In this document: positions 9,455 to 19,176 of the stretch, piece after piece | Position numbering within the stretch: the stretch's first letter is position 1 | How the letters are laid out: the number at the start of each line of letters is the position of its first letter | From: a virus | IMG/VR virus record: IMGVR_UViG_3300035698_013740 | Location: 1 to 64,000 of that record | Reading direction: 5' to 3' (one strand) | Length of the DNA stretch: 64,000 bases | Notes under the pieces: model-generated | Seen by the model: the letters and a program-made list of their open reading frames with translations, nothing else | Databases searched by the model: none | What the model was told of the DNA's origin: nothing | Position numbers and translations under genes: made by a program

Positions 9455-12400
9455 CAGACATAAAACATTTTCAAATAATGTAGCACATGAATTTAAGAGA
9501 AGAGAAAACGATTTTGGAGTCTCTAAACAATCTAGTACCTCCCAGGCTACACTGGCTTCACCAATAAATGATGAGCAAGATAACAAATGGAATGGTACTG
9601 GAGGTCGTACTGTATGGTCTAGAGTGTCTTCAGGAGTAATTGGTTATAGACGAGACGATTCCAATAACAGGGAATCTCTAGAAAAGAGTTCTATTGACAG
9701 TTTGGGTGGAATAAAAACAATATCTACTAGAATTGATGGAGATCCAAAAGAAAATGAAATAAACGGAATAGTATTAGAAACCAATTATAAAGCAGAAGAC
9801 ATGTATGGAATTAACCCATATCCTGGATTCAGATCTATTGCAAAGGTTTTATTTAATAAAGATTCTACATCAAATCTGCTAAACAGCAACAACAATCTTC
9901 AAATATTCTCAGATAGAGGACAGCCTGGTCCAGTTTTAGAATCAATTTCTATAAATCACCAAGGATCTTGGGGAATGATTAAAGAAGCAGACGTTACATG
10001 GAGAGCATTTAGCCAAGAACAGTTTGAAACGCTTTCTCATTTTTTATGTAATGTTCAAAAAACAGTAGTTGTGGAGTATGGTTGGTCTTCACACAGGAAG
10101 CCTACACTAGATCTAAGCGATATAGAAAAGGTGAAATACCTTCAGTCTAACCAAATTATGGCCTTAGTTAAAAAGGATAATGAAAATTTTTATGAATCTG
10201 AAAAACAATTTATTGAATCATCTAGGCAGCTAGGAACTGCATCTCAAAATAACAATGATTTAGATTTTGAATCACTTACTCCATACGAAATAGAACAGGA
10301 GCGAAGAGGAGCAGATTACGATGTGTTTATTGGAATCATAAAAAACTTTGTCGTTCAAATAGAAGATGGTGCGTACGTTGTTACTACAAAATTGGTTTCT
10401 ATGTCTCCTGCAGTTATTTCTTCTAGAAATTCAATTAATAACTATTTTGAAACTAGGTTTAATACAGATATAGATCACCTTAGATTAAATAAGGATCCTA
10501 GAGTTTGGTATAAACCATCTAGTTTAATTTCACCGACGTTTTCTAGCAATTCAGATGCTACTGTTCAAGAAGAAATAACTCAAACTGATTTATCAAAGAT
10601 AGAAGATTTTTGGAAAATAATGAGAAATCCAGAAGGTCATATTTTCTATAACAAGTCTAGGGCAGTTTTTGAATTGCAGCCAGAAAACAGATTTCGTTCT
10701 ACAGGATTAGAAGATCATAGGTGGCACTTATACACCCCAGAATTTATTACAGATTTACAATATGTAACTGATTTAGAATTGAAACGCGCATTGATTAGGG
10801 GTGGAAAATTATTAAAGAATTGGAAGCAAGTGGAGCCTGATGTTGTAAACCCAGATGGAGTTACCATTGGACTTATCTTTGGAGCAGTATTGGGTGGAAT
10901 TGCTGGAGGCCCAGGTGGAGTTCTCATAGGTGGTGGAATTGGAGCAGCAACAGGTGAAGCAATGTCTACCTTTGCTAAGGAAATAGATAATTCCTTTGAT
11001 GAAAGAAATTGGCAAGATATTAGGATATTTATTCAAAAAATAGCAGAATTATCAGGAGTAAGCATAACTGGTAAATTGCTAGAAGTATTTTCTAGACGAT
11101 ACCCTGCACCCATATTACATTTTGATTATCCAGAAATAGATCCATATAAATGGCTGGATCCATTAATGGATCAAATTAGATATGTATTAGAACGGCAGCA
11201 TAGGCAGTATCTAGGTATGAGTAAAATACCACCATTTATTCCAGGTGCGATAGATGAGCCACAAGATAAAGGAAAGTTAGAATACGATATTAATTTTGGA
11301 GATCCAACATACAATACAGTTGGCAATAGGGGATCTATAATTGAAAAGGTATACAATTACATTAAAGTTCATTTAAGTGAAAACTCATCTGGACGCGCAT
11401 ACTTAGATAATGGCATTCAGTTTGGAACAGATTTTGCGTTCAATGCAGTTAGGGATGTATTTAACCCGTTTACTGATTATAGATCTCCTAGATTAGATTT
11501 ACGAGGTGGTAAAGGAAAAGGAATTGGATCTGATAGAGAAACTGAAATAACATTAGCAAGATTTGCAGCAATTCAACATCATCTAGGAACAATAGATGCA
11601 CCTAACGTAGATATTGGAAACGATAGCACATTTTCTCTGTTATCTAGAGACAAAAAACTAGAACGCCATTCATATTCCTTCATTACTTGGGGATTATTAG
11701 AAGAACTGCTAAACGCTCAGTTTGTTTCTAAAACTTCTAAATTTTTAAAATTAGATTCAAGCACAACAAAAATCAGATTTCATGAAAATTTAATTTCAAC
11801 TGATGGTGATGTGTGTATACTTCCAAATAAAAACGCACCAAGATTTGATAAGGGAATATTAGTAGATGGGTCTAGATACGATTTATCTATAAATGGAATT
11901 TCACATAGAGACGTAGGAAACGACACATCTGGAAAACTAGAAGAAGATGAAGCTTGGTTGTATTCAATATTTGTTAGTACGGATTTGATTAAATCTGTAT
12001 TTGGAAAAACAGAAACAATGAAGGATGCATTAAGGGAACTCTTAGATTATATTAGCGGAGCACTAATAGACAACTATGAATTTAGAATAGATCAGAGAGG
12101 ATCTACTGCAAGTGTTGTAGATGTTGCGTATTCTAAATACGATAGCTCTACTGAGCGATATAGATTTAAATTCAATCAAGCCACATCTTTTATTAGAAAT
12201 ATTGATTCCGATATAAGTCACACTACACAAACGCAAATGCAAGCGATTTACGGAATGCATAGTGATAAAGATAACAACATATATGGTCCTTTCGAATCTA
12301 GCATCACCCCAATTGTCTCCAAGGGTAAGGATAACTTAGATCTATTTGCACAAGATTTAATTGAAAGCGATGAATCTGATACCGTTCAGAATAATACAGA

Positions 12401-12758
12401 TAAGCTAGATAGCAAGCCAGGCGATGGACATTTTGGTAATTTTTGGATTAACCACGAATCGGGATGGGCTAATTATGTATATCCTGACAAAGAAACCATA
12501 GTGAAACATATTTACGGTCTAGATGTTAATAGTGAACCAATTAACTCAGGAACTACCATACCGAATCTATCAGTTAGTATAACGTTAGATGGAATTAGTG
12601 GAATCAGATATTGGGATGCATTTAACATAGATTACATACCTGCAATTTATAATGAACAAGGATTTTTCTTTGTCACATCAATAAATCAGTCTATAGTAGC
12701 AGGAGATTGGGTAACAACAATAATTGGAAACTATAGATTAAAATCGGTATCTAGATAA
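9444..12758 (+). CDS. Baseplate hub-like protein
   Basis: 'VEYGWS' N-terminal motif; C-terminal 'LSVSITLDGISGI...AFNIDYIP..Y...F.VTSINQSI..GDWVTTI'. Confidence 0.7.
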   Translation: MSLNRHKTFSNNVAHEFKRRENDFGVSKQSSTSQATLASPINDEQDNKWNGTGGRTVWSRVSSGVIGYRRDDSNNRESLEKSSIDSLGGIKTISTRIDGDPKENEINGIVLETNYKAEDMYGINPYPGFRSIAKVLFNKDSTSNLLNSNNNLQIFSDRGQPGPVLESISINHQGSWGMIKEADVTWRAFSQEQFETLSHFLCNVQKTVVVEYGWSSHRKPTLDLSDIEKVKYLQSNQIMALVKKDNENFYESEKQFIESSRQLGTASQNNNDLDFESLTPYEIEQERRGADYDVFIGIIKNFVVQIEDGAYVVTTKLVSMSPAVISSRNSINNYFETRFNTDIDHLRLNKDPRVWYKPSSLISPTFSSNSDATVQEEITQTDLSKIEDFWKIMRNPEGHIFYNKSRAVFELQPENRFRSTGLEDHRWHLYTPEFITDLQYVTDLELKRALIRGGKLLKNWKQVEPDVVNPDGVTIGLIFGAVLGGIAGGPGGVLIGGGIGAATGEAMSTFAKEIDNSFDERNWQDIRIFIQKIAELSGVSITGKLLEVFSRRYPAPILHFDYPEIDPYKWLDPLMDQIRYVLERQHRQYLGMSKIPPFIPGAIDEPQDKGKLEYDINFGDPTYNTVGNRGSIIEKVYNYIKVHLSENSSGRAYLDNGIQFGTDFAFNAVRDVFNPFTDYRSPRLDLRGGKGKGIGSDRETEITLARFAAIQHHLGTIDAPNVDIGNDSTFSLLSRDKKLERHSYSFITWGLLEELLNAQFVSKTSKFLKLDSSTTKIRFHENLISTDGDVCILPNKNAPRFDKGILVDGSRYDLSINGISHRDVGNDTSGKLEEDEAWLYSIFVSTDLIKSVFGKTETMKDALRELLDYISGALIDNYEFRIDQRGSTASVVDVAYSKYDSSTERYRFKFNQATSFIRNIDSDISHTTQTQMQAIYGMHSDKDNNIYGPFESSITPIVSKGKDNLDLFAQDLIESDESDTVQNNTDKLDSKPGDGHFGNFWINHESGWANYVYPDKETIVKHIYGLDVNSEPINSGTTIPNLSVSITLDGISGIRYWDAFNIDYIPAIYNEQGFFFVTSINQSIVAGDWVTTIIGNYRLKSVSR

Positions 12759-13174
12759 TGTCAATATCAGAATATAATAAGCTTACACGTATAGATAGTT
12801 CACTCTATGCAAGAATTCCTAAGTCAGAAAGAAACTTTTCTACTGACAAGGATGTATTAAAAGGATGGTTTCATAGATACTTTATGTCCAATTCAAATGG
12901 AAAGGATTTAGTAAGAGAAGTATCCAAGAAAACGTATTTTCAATTTATTGATAATCCGTTTTGGATTGGAGTTATTCTTAAATGGAATATAGTCAATAAT
13001 GAGGCAAGAGAGTTGAATTTAAACCAAATACGCATGGGACTGAGAACTATAAACGATTTAGATGTATTGCTACCAAACTTATTAGAATATCATAGATCTG
13101 GGGAGTATGTGAGCACAGGAGTACTTACTCCATCCACAACCCAAGTATCACCATTGCAAATATTTGATAAATGA
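12758..13174 (+). CDS. Hypothetical protein (baseplate region)
   Basis: ORF coupled to neighbours; 'GWFHRYF' motif. Confidence 0.55.
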   Translation: MSISEYNKLTRIDSSLYARIPKSERNFSTDKDVLKGWFHRYFMSNSNGKDLVREVSKKTYFQFIDNPFWIGVILKWNIVNNEARELNLNQIRMGLRTINDLDVLLPNLLEYHRSGEYVSTGVLTPSTTQVSPLQIFDK

Positions 13175-14523
13175 TAACAACTATAACTAACGAAACCTTT
13201 GGTAGTTTTTTACGTAGATGGCAAAACGATGAATGTTTTGTAGATTTTGTATTATCTGATAGCGAACTACATCCTAGAAATAATTCTATATCTTTGATTT
13301 TAATTAAATTTATAGATGACGGGGATACGTTTGTACTTCCAATAAATCATAATGAAGCAAATAACGTAAACATAGATTTGTTATTAATGCTCAGAAGTTC
13401 TAACACTGCAAAATACGTTTTAGAAAAAAAGAAAATTAACCATGCGTTTTCACTAAGGGGAAATGTAATTGATGTTTCCTTAAGTAGATATATAATGGAT
13501 GGATCCACAACAGAATATGATCTCCATTATACAAAGTCCCATACTCACATATACTCTACTCAATATAAGTATAAAAACTTAAATAGGGCAATACCTGTTT
13601 TAAAGTGGGTAGAATGGTTTGAATCCGTATACGAAGAAATTTATCCATACCTTAAAGATATAAAGGTAAATTCGTTTTACAACATAAGCTTTTTGAATAC
13701 TCTATCTATTATAGAGCGAAATGGATTATTTGTAAATCCTAATAAATTCACAGGATCAGATAAGCATATTTCAAAACAAGGATTGGTACATACCGAGTAC
13801 AATCCATTTACCTCCACAGGTCGACCTTCTAATAGATTTGGCGGAGTTAATTTTTCTGGTCTTTCTAAGAGAGATAAATCTAGAGACGCATATGTTAGTA
13901 GATTTGAAGATAACGGAGAAATGGTATTGTTTGATTTTTCTGCATATCATCCGCATTTATTAGCAAAGTTAATTCAATACAAACTGCCAGAAGGCAATGT
14001 ATATGAATGGCTAGGTAAACAATATTTTGATAAATCTGAATTAACTGACGATGAAATTGAAGAAGCAAAAATAAAGACATTTCAGTATTTCTATGGTGGA
14101 TTTGATAAGAGTACATCATCTATTCCATATTGTGCAAAAATCATAGAGTTTACTGATACACTGTGGGAATACGGAAATGTCAAGGGATACATTTCATCTC
14201 CAGTATCTAAGAGAAAAATTCATTTAGATTTGATTAATGATATAACTAAGCAAAAGCTTCTTAATTATTTACTTCAGTTATATGAAACTGAAATGAACAT
14301 CCTGGTAATGAATAGATTGAATTCGATATTATCTGGTAAATCAAGTAAATTGGTTTTATATACATATGATTCGTTCCTATTTGATATAAACAAATCAGAA
14401 AATGAAAATGGGCAATTGTTAGATCTAATTGTACAAGAATTAAATCCATCTGGACTATTTCCAGTTAGAGGATACAAGGGAAAATCGTATGGAAAATTAA
14501 AACAAATAGAACTAGAAAGATAG
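13171..14523 (+). CDS. Divergent family A DNA polymerase-like protein
   Basis: 'TSTGRPSN', motif A 'DFSAYHPHLLA', motif B 'AKIKTFQYFYG', motif C 'YTYDSFLFD'. Confidence 0.8.
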   Translation: MITTITNETFGSFLRRWQNDECFVDFVLSDSELHPRNNSISLILIKFIDDGDTFVLPINHNEANNVNIDLLLMLRSSNTAKYVLEKKKINHAFSLRGNVIDVSLSRYIMDGSTTEYDLHYTKSHTHIYSTQYKYKNLNRAIPVLKWVEWFESVYEEIYPYLKDIKVNSFYNISFLNTLSIIERNGLFVNPNKFTGSDKHISKQGLVHTEYNPFTSTGRPSNRFGGVNFSGLSKRDKSRDAYVSRFEDNGEMVLFDFSAYHPHLLAKLIQYKLPEGNVYEWLGKQYFDKSELTDDEIEEAKIKTFQYFYGGFDKSTSSIPYCAKIIEFTDTLWEYGNVKGYISSPVSKRKIHLDLINDITKQKLLNYLLQLYETEMNILVMNRLNSILSGKSSKLVLYTYDSFLFDINKSENENGQLLDLIVQELNPSGLFPVRGYKGKSYGKLKQIELER

Positions 14524-14549
14524 TTATAGTACAATAGATAAGGAAAATT

Positions 14550-15179
14550 ATGAAATACGACGCATATTTTAGCGCTGCTTTATCAACTACTACATTTTTG
14601 GCTAAAGTAGGGTTTGAGCCAGTAGATTTATCTAAGAGTATCCATAGAGACGCTCTTAAGGAATCTCTCAAAGAAATTGGTACTCCTGATGATGTAATAT
14701 ACGAATTGATTCAAAACGTATTAGATCTGCTATACGAAGATGAAGATAAGGGAAGCGGTAGTGCTAGAGCACAACGAGATAAATTAGGACTTAAGCACAT
14801 TGCATATGGTTTTTATTCTAAATCTGGAAAACAACCAGTTGAATTTAAGCGTGATGGTGATAAGTTTGTACAATCCAACGATTCAGAATATGAAAAAATT
14901 GCAAATGATCGTGGTGAAGATGGTAAGGATAGTGCTCCAGTTAAACAAGATTCTACACCCAACGATTCTACACCTTCTACCGATAATGTTTCTACAGGCG
15001 AAGACGGAGAAGGTGAAGAGCAACCCCCAAATATTGTAGCAACACCACGCCCTGGAAATAGTAAAGAAGCAAAACGAGCAGCTGCATATGGATCAGTTGC
15101 AGCTGAGCTAGCAGTTAAGTACGTTGAAGATACAAAAGAACGTGAAAAACTAGAAGCAGAAGACAAAGAAGGTTTATAA
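14550..15179 (+). CDS. Hypothetical acidic low-complexity protein
   Basis: ORF with AAGGA RBS. Confidence 0.55.
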   Translation: MKYDAYFSAALSTTTFLAKVGFEPVDLSKSIHRDALKESLKEIGTPDDVIYELIQNVLDLLYEDEDKGSGSARAQRDKLGLKHIAYGFYSKSGKQPVEFKRDGDKFVQSNDSEYEKIANDRGEDGKDSAPVKQDSTPNDSTPSTDNVSTGEDGEGEEQPPNIVATPRPGNSKEAKRAAAYGSVAAELAVKYVEDTKEREKLEAEDKEGL

Positions 15180-15227
15180 CTCCTTTCGAGATGTTGTTGT
15201 GTATTTATATGTACACAACAAATTTAG

Positions 15228-15509
15228 GAGACTACGATCAAAAGCCAGTTTCAAATTTACAAAACTACAAATGTAGTTAATGGTAAACAATATATAGGAC
15301 TATCTGCACAAGGTAATAAAAATTATTTTGGATCAGGTAGATTAATAGAAAAGGCAATACGGAAATACGGTAAATCTTCATTTACAAAAGAAATTTTAGA
15401 TGAAACTACTGATGAAGTATATGCCAATGAATTAGAAAGACACTACATTGAAAGTCATAATGCTATAAAAAGATGGCATTTTGATAATTGTAAGTGGAGA
15501 CGTAATTGA
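15228..15509 (+). pseudogene. GIY-YIG (Seg-like) homing endonuclease, catalytic domain only, no ATG start
   Basis: 'QIYKTTNVVNGKQYIG...YFGSG..IEKAIRKYG...F.KEIL...ELE..YI'; AGGAG followed by ACG/ATC; ends TGA 15507-15509. Confidence 0.8.
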
Positions 15510-15898
15510 AATCGCAATTGTTATGCACCTTCACTTCAAGAAATTTACTAGAAACAGTATTATCAGAGATTCAATATTCGTACGACCTAATATTTAGCCA
15601 TTTGTTTATTCTTCAAAATAAGTTAAATGAGGAGGAACTTTTTTGCACATACAATGTACATAACGATACAAATTATCGACATCCTGATCTAAATACGATT
15701 CTAGTTCATCGAAAGAGACAAACTAATACGTTATATACGATCAACGCCCTGAATGAGTTGGTTAGGATGGAGACTGGAAGAGTAAGTCGCAGTCATGTTG
15801 TCCCATGGGAAGAGCACAGAAATAGTGTGCTGTTATTGGATAGCAATGGTCTACGCAAGGTATCAACTAAGGTATTTGAAATTATCAATATCGATTAA
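15506..15898 (+). CDS. Hypothetical phage protein
   Basis: 'QLLCTFT','CTYNV','TILVHRKRQTNTLYTINALN'; TTG start with GGAG RBS. Confidence 0.65.
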   Translation: MKSQLLCTFTSRNLLETVLSEIQYSYDLIFSHLFILQNKLNEEELFCTYNVHNDTNYRHPDLNTILVHRKRQTNTLYTINALNELVRMETGRVSRSHVVPWEEHRNSVLLLDSNGLRKVSTKVFEIINID

Positions 15899-16062
15899 TC
15901 TAAAAAAACATAGAAAATTTTGCGATAATTATATCTAAATGACGCTCGCAATTTCTAAGTTTATTTTAGCAAATGATGGCAAAAGACTATGGTACTTAAT
16001 ATTTATCTGTACTATTAAACGCTAAACACTTAAACACGTAAACAACGAGGAAAGACACCAAT

Positions 16063-16956
16063 ATGAATATTGATGCATTAAAAAAGAAGTTAACCAATCT
16101 TAAAAAAACTGGTAATAACGACGTATTCAAATTAGAATATGGATCACAAACAGTAAGGATTGTTCCTTACAAATTTAATTCTGATGATCCATTTACAGAG
16201 TTGCAATTTCATTACAACATCCAAAAGAAAACCTATTTATCTCCACAGACTTATGGGAGACCAGATCCGATAGCTGAATTTGGAGAAGCTTTGCGAAATG
16301 AAGGCAAAGACGGATGGAAAAAGGCAAAACCATTTCTTCCTAAATTGAGAACATACGTTCCTGTAATTGTAAGGGGAGAAGAAGACAAAGGAGTTCGTTT
16401 TTGGTCATTTGGAAAAACTGTATTATTGGAACTGTTAGCAATTGTTGCAGACCCAGAATATGGTGATATTTCAAGTGTATTGGAAGGGACTGATTTGAAG
16501 GTAGAGTATGAGTCACCAGAAGATGCTGGACAAATGTATCCAAAAACTTCTGTGAGACCTGCTAGAAAGGCTTCTAAACTAAGCGACGATCCTAAGTTAG
16601 TTAAAAAATGGCTAAAAGATCAGAAAAACTTAGAAGAAATGTTTACTGAACTATCATATGATGAGTTGGAAGAAATTTTAGAAAATTGGGTTAATCCTAA
16701 AAATTCTAAAAAGAATAACGACGATGATGATGACGATGATGGTGATGACGATGATGGTGACGATGATGGTGATGAAGAAACAAAACCTAAGAAGTCTAAG
16801 AAGTCTAAAAAGGACAAAAAAGGTAAGAAGTCTAAGAAATCTAAGAAAAGTGATGCTCCTTGGAAAGAGGAAGATGACGATGATGACGACGATGACGAAA
16901 ACCTAGACGACGACGAATTCACAAAAGAATTCTCAGAAGTATTTGAAACCGAGTAA
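16063..16956 (+). CDS. Single-stranded DNA-binding protein (gp32-like)
   Basis: 'VRIVPY...PFTEL.FHY','PVIVRGEED.GVRFW.FGK','YGDI....EGTD'; acidic tail; precedes UvsX. Confidence 0.85.
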   Translation: MNIDALKKKLTNLKKTGNNDVFKLEYGSQTVRIVPYKFNSDDPFTELQFHYNIQKKTYLSPQTYGRPDPIAEFGEALRNEGKDGWKKAKPFLPKLRTYVPVIVRGEEDKGVRFWSFGKTVLLELLAIVADPEYGDISSVLEGTDLKVEYESPEDAGQMYPKTSVRPARKASKLSDDPKLVKKWLKDQKNLEEMFTELSYDELEEILENWVNPKNSKKNNDDDDDDDGDDDDGDDDGDEETKPKKSKKSKKDKKGKKSKKSKKSDAPWKEEDDDDDDDDENLDDDEFTKEFSEVFETE

Positions 16957-16962
16957 GTATAT

Positions 16963-18102
16963 ATGGCAAAGAAGAAATCTAGCAAACCTATTGACGGGAG
17001 CTTAGAAGAAACACTTGCCGATAGTCTTAATTCGTTATTCGAAGGTCAAAAAGTGGCGTATACTCTAGATGAGTTAGATGCGCCAACCCACGTATCCGAT
17101 TGGATATCTACTGGTGATTCAATATTGGACATCAAGATATCCAATCGTCGATACGGTGGAGTGCCTGTTGGAAGAATAACTGAAATTACAGGATTAGAGC
17201 AAAGTGGCAAATCATTAGTATCTGCGCATTTATTGGCAAATACTCAAAAGAAAGGTGGAGTAGCTGTTCTCATTGATACTGAGATGGCAGTTAGTAGGGA
17301 ATTTTTTAGAGCAATAGGTGTAGACACTAAGAATTTAATTCTAGTAAATGCAGATACTGTTGAAGAAATCTTCTCATACATAGAAAATACAATTGAACAG
17401 ATACGTAGCACGGTAGATAATTCTAGATTTGTAACTATCGTTGTAGATTCTGTTGCTGCAGCTTCAACCGAACAGGAATTAGCTTCAGATTATGGTAAAG
17501 ATGGTTATGCAACAGGCAAAGCAATTATCATAAGTAAGGCATTAAGAAAAATTACTAATATGATTGGAAGGCAAAGAATTACTCTAGTCTTCACTAATCA
17601 ACTTAGAATGAAAATGAATGCACCAGCATTTGCAGATCCATACACTACATCAGGTGGAAAGGGTTTACAGTTTCATTCATCAGTAAGACTTAGGCTAAAA
17701 AAGAAAGCTAAGCTAAAAACAAAAATCAAAGGAAATGATGTTGTATCTGGAATTAAGGTTCAAGCTGTAGTAGTTAAAAACAGATTAGGACCTCCTGAAG
17801 GATTCTGTGACTTTGAAATTAACTTCAATAGCGGCATTGATGAATATGCTTCTTGGCTTAAGGTAATTAAAGATTACAAAATTGTCAAAAAGAAAGGATC
17901 ATATTCAGTATATGATCATATAGATAAAGATACCGGAGAGGTATTAGAATCATGGCAATTTCAAACTGATGATTTTAAGGCAAGAATGAAATCAGATCCA
18001 ATAATCAGAGATGCAATATATAATGAAATCTGTGATGAGATGATTATGAAATATGACGAAGGTGATGCAGAAGGTGAAGCATCAGAATTAGAGTTGGCAT
18101 GA
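16963..18102 (+). CDS. uvsX: RecA/UvsX recombinase
   Basis: Walker A 'GLEQSGKS', 'IDTE', 'VVDSVAA', 'FTNQLR', 'SGGKGLQFHSSVRL', 'KNRLGPP'. Confidence 0.95.
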   Translation: MAKKKSSKPIDGSLEETLADSLNSLFEGQKVAYTLDELDAPTHVSDWISTGDSILDIKISNRRYGGVPVGRITEITGLEQSGKSLVSAHLLANTQKKGGVAVLIDTEMAVSREFFRAIGVDTKNLILVNADTVEEIFSYIENTIEQIRSTVDNSRFVTIVVDSVAAASTEQELASDYGKDGYATGKAIIISKALRKITNMIGRQRITLVFTNQLRMKMNAPAFADPYTTSGGKGLQFHSSVRLRLKKKAKLKTKIKGNDVVSGIKVQAVVVKNRLGPPEGFCDFEINFNSGIDEYASWLKVIKDYKIVKKKGSYSVYDHIDKDTGEVLESWQFQTDDFKARMKSDPIIRDAIYNEICDEMIMKYDEGDAEGEASELELA

Positions 18103-18105
18103 TCC

Positions 18106-19176
18106 GTGGTAAACGAAAATCAAAGATACTATGAGCTCTTTAATAAACTGAAGAGTGAGCGCCCAGATCATTCTAAACTAACTGCAAATTCAAATGTTTT
18201 AATTGTTGACGGCCTAAATACGTTTATTAGAACGTGGTGTGCAATTCCAACTCAAAATGAACATGGTGACCATATAGGTGGAACCACTGGATTTTTAACA
18301 TCAGTAGGATACGCTATTAGACAATTTAAACCCACAAGGGTAATAATTGCGTTTGATGGCAAAGACGGATCTGCTAGCAGAAAAAAAATATATTCTGAAT
18401 ACAAGGCAAATCGAGGTAAAAATCGATTATCTAGAGTGAACAGAGTATATGGCCAATTGTCAGATAACGAAGAAAGACGCCAGATGAAGCGTCAACTGCA
18501 GATAACTGCTAAAATACTATCTAGACTTCCAGTAAGTCTCATGTTATACCCAAGGGTTGAAGCAGATGATGTTATTGGATATGTGTCTAGAAAGTTATGT
18601 AAGGAACGATCAATTATAATGTCGTCCGATAAAGATTTTCTTCAATTGGTTGATGATGAAACTACAGTATGGTCACCTACTAAGAAAAAGCTTTACACAA
18701 AGGAATCTTTATACGAAGAATATGGAATTCCTAATGAAAACTTTTTGTTGTTTAGAATGATAGACGGAGACGCTTCTGATAATATTGGTGGAATAAAGGG
18801 AATAGCACTAAAAACACTGATAAAACGTTTTCCAATCATTACTGGTGGAAAAATATCTATGACGGATTTATTGGAATACGCCCAAGAACAAGTAGATGGT
18901 GGAAGCAAAATAAAGGTTTACTCTACTCTATTGGAATCTGCAGATATTTTGAAGAGAAATAAGAAACTAATGAATCTTGAAAAGACGTTAATTAGTGGAG
19001 CATTGAAACTGAAAATAGTAGATAATTTCAATTCACATATACCAGAATTAAATCGATTAGAATTGCAAAAGAAACTAATAAAGGAAGGTATGATAGATGC
19101 AATGCCAAGTCTTCCAACATGGATTCAGTCAACATTTAAAACACTAGATAGATACGCGCATGAGTCAAACGGATAA
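18106..19176 (+). CDS. 5'-3' exonuclease / flap endonuclease (T4 RNase H-like)
   Basis: 'LIVDGLN','FDG','YKANR','EADDVI','SSDKDFLQL','GDASDNI.GIKGI'. Confidence 0.93.
   Translation: MVNENQRYYELFNKLKSERPDHSKLTANSNVLIVDGLNTFIRTWCAIPTQNEHGDHIGGTTGFLTSVGYAIRQFKPTRVIIAFDGKDGSASRKKIYSEYKANRGKNRLSRVNRVYGQLSDNEERRQMKRQLQITAKILSRLPVSLMLYPRVEADDVIGYVSRKLCKERSIIMSSDKDFLQLVDDETTVWSPTKKKLYTKESLYEEYGIPNENFLLFRMIDGDASDNIGGIKGIALKTLIKRFPIITGGKISMTDLLEYAQEQVDGGSKIKVYSTLLESADILKRNKKLMNLEKTLISGALKLKIVDNFNSHIPELNRLELQKKLIKEGMIDAMPSLPTWIQSTFKTLDRYAHESNG

Noticed and set aside
16620-16985. Poly-Ser and poly-Met ORFs
   Set aside because: Alternative-frame readings of the GAT/GAC repeats in the SSB tail
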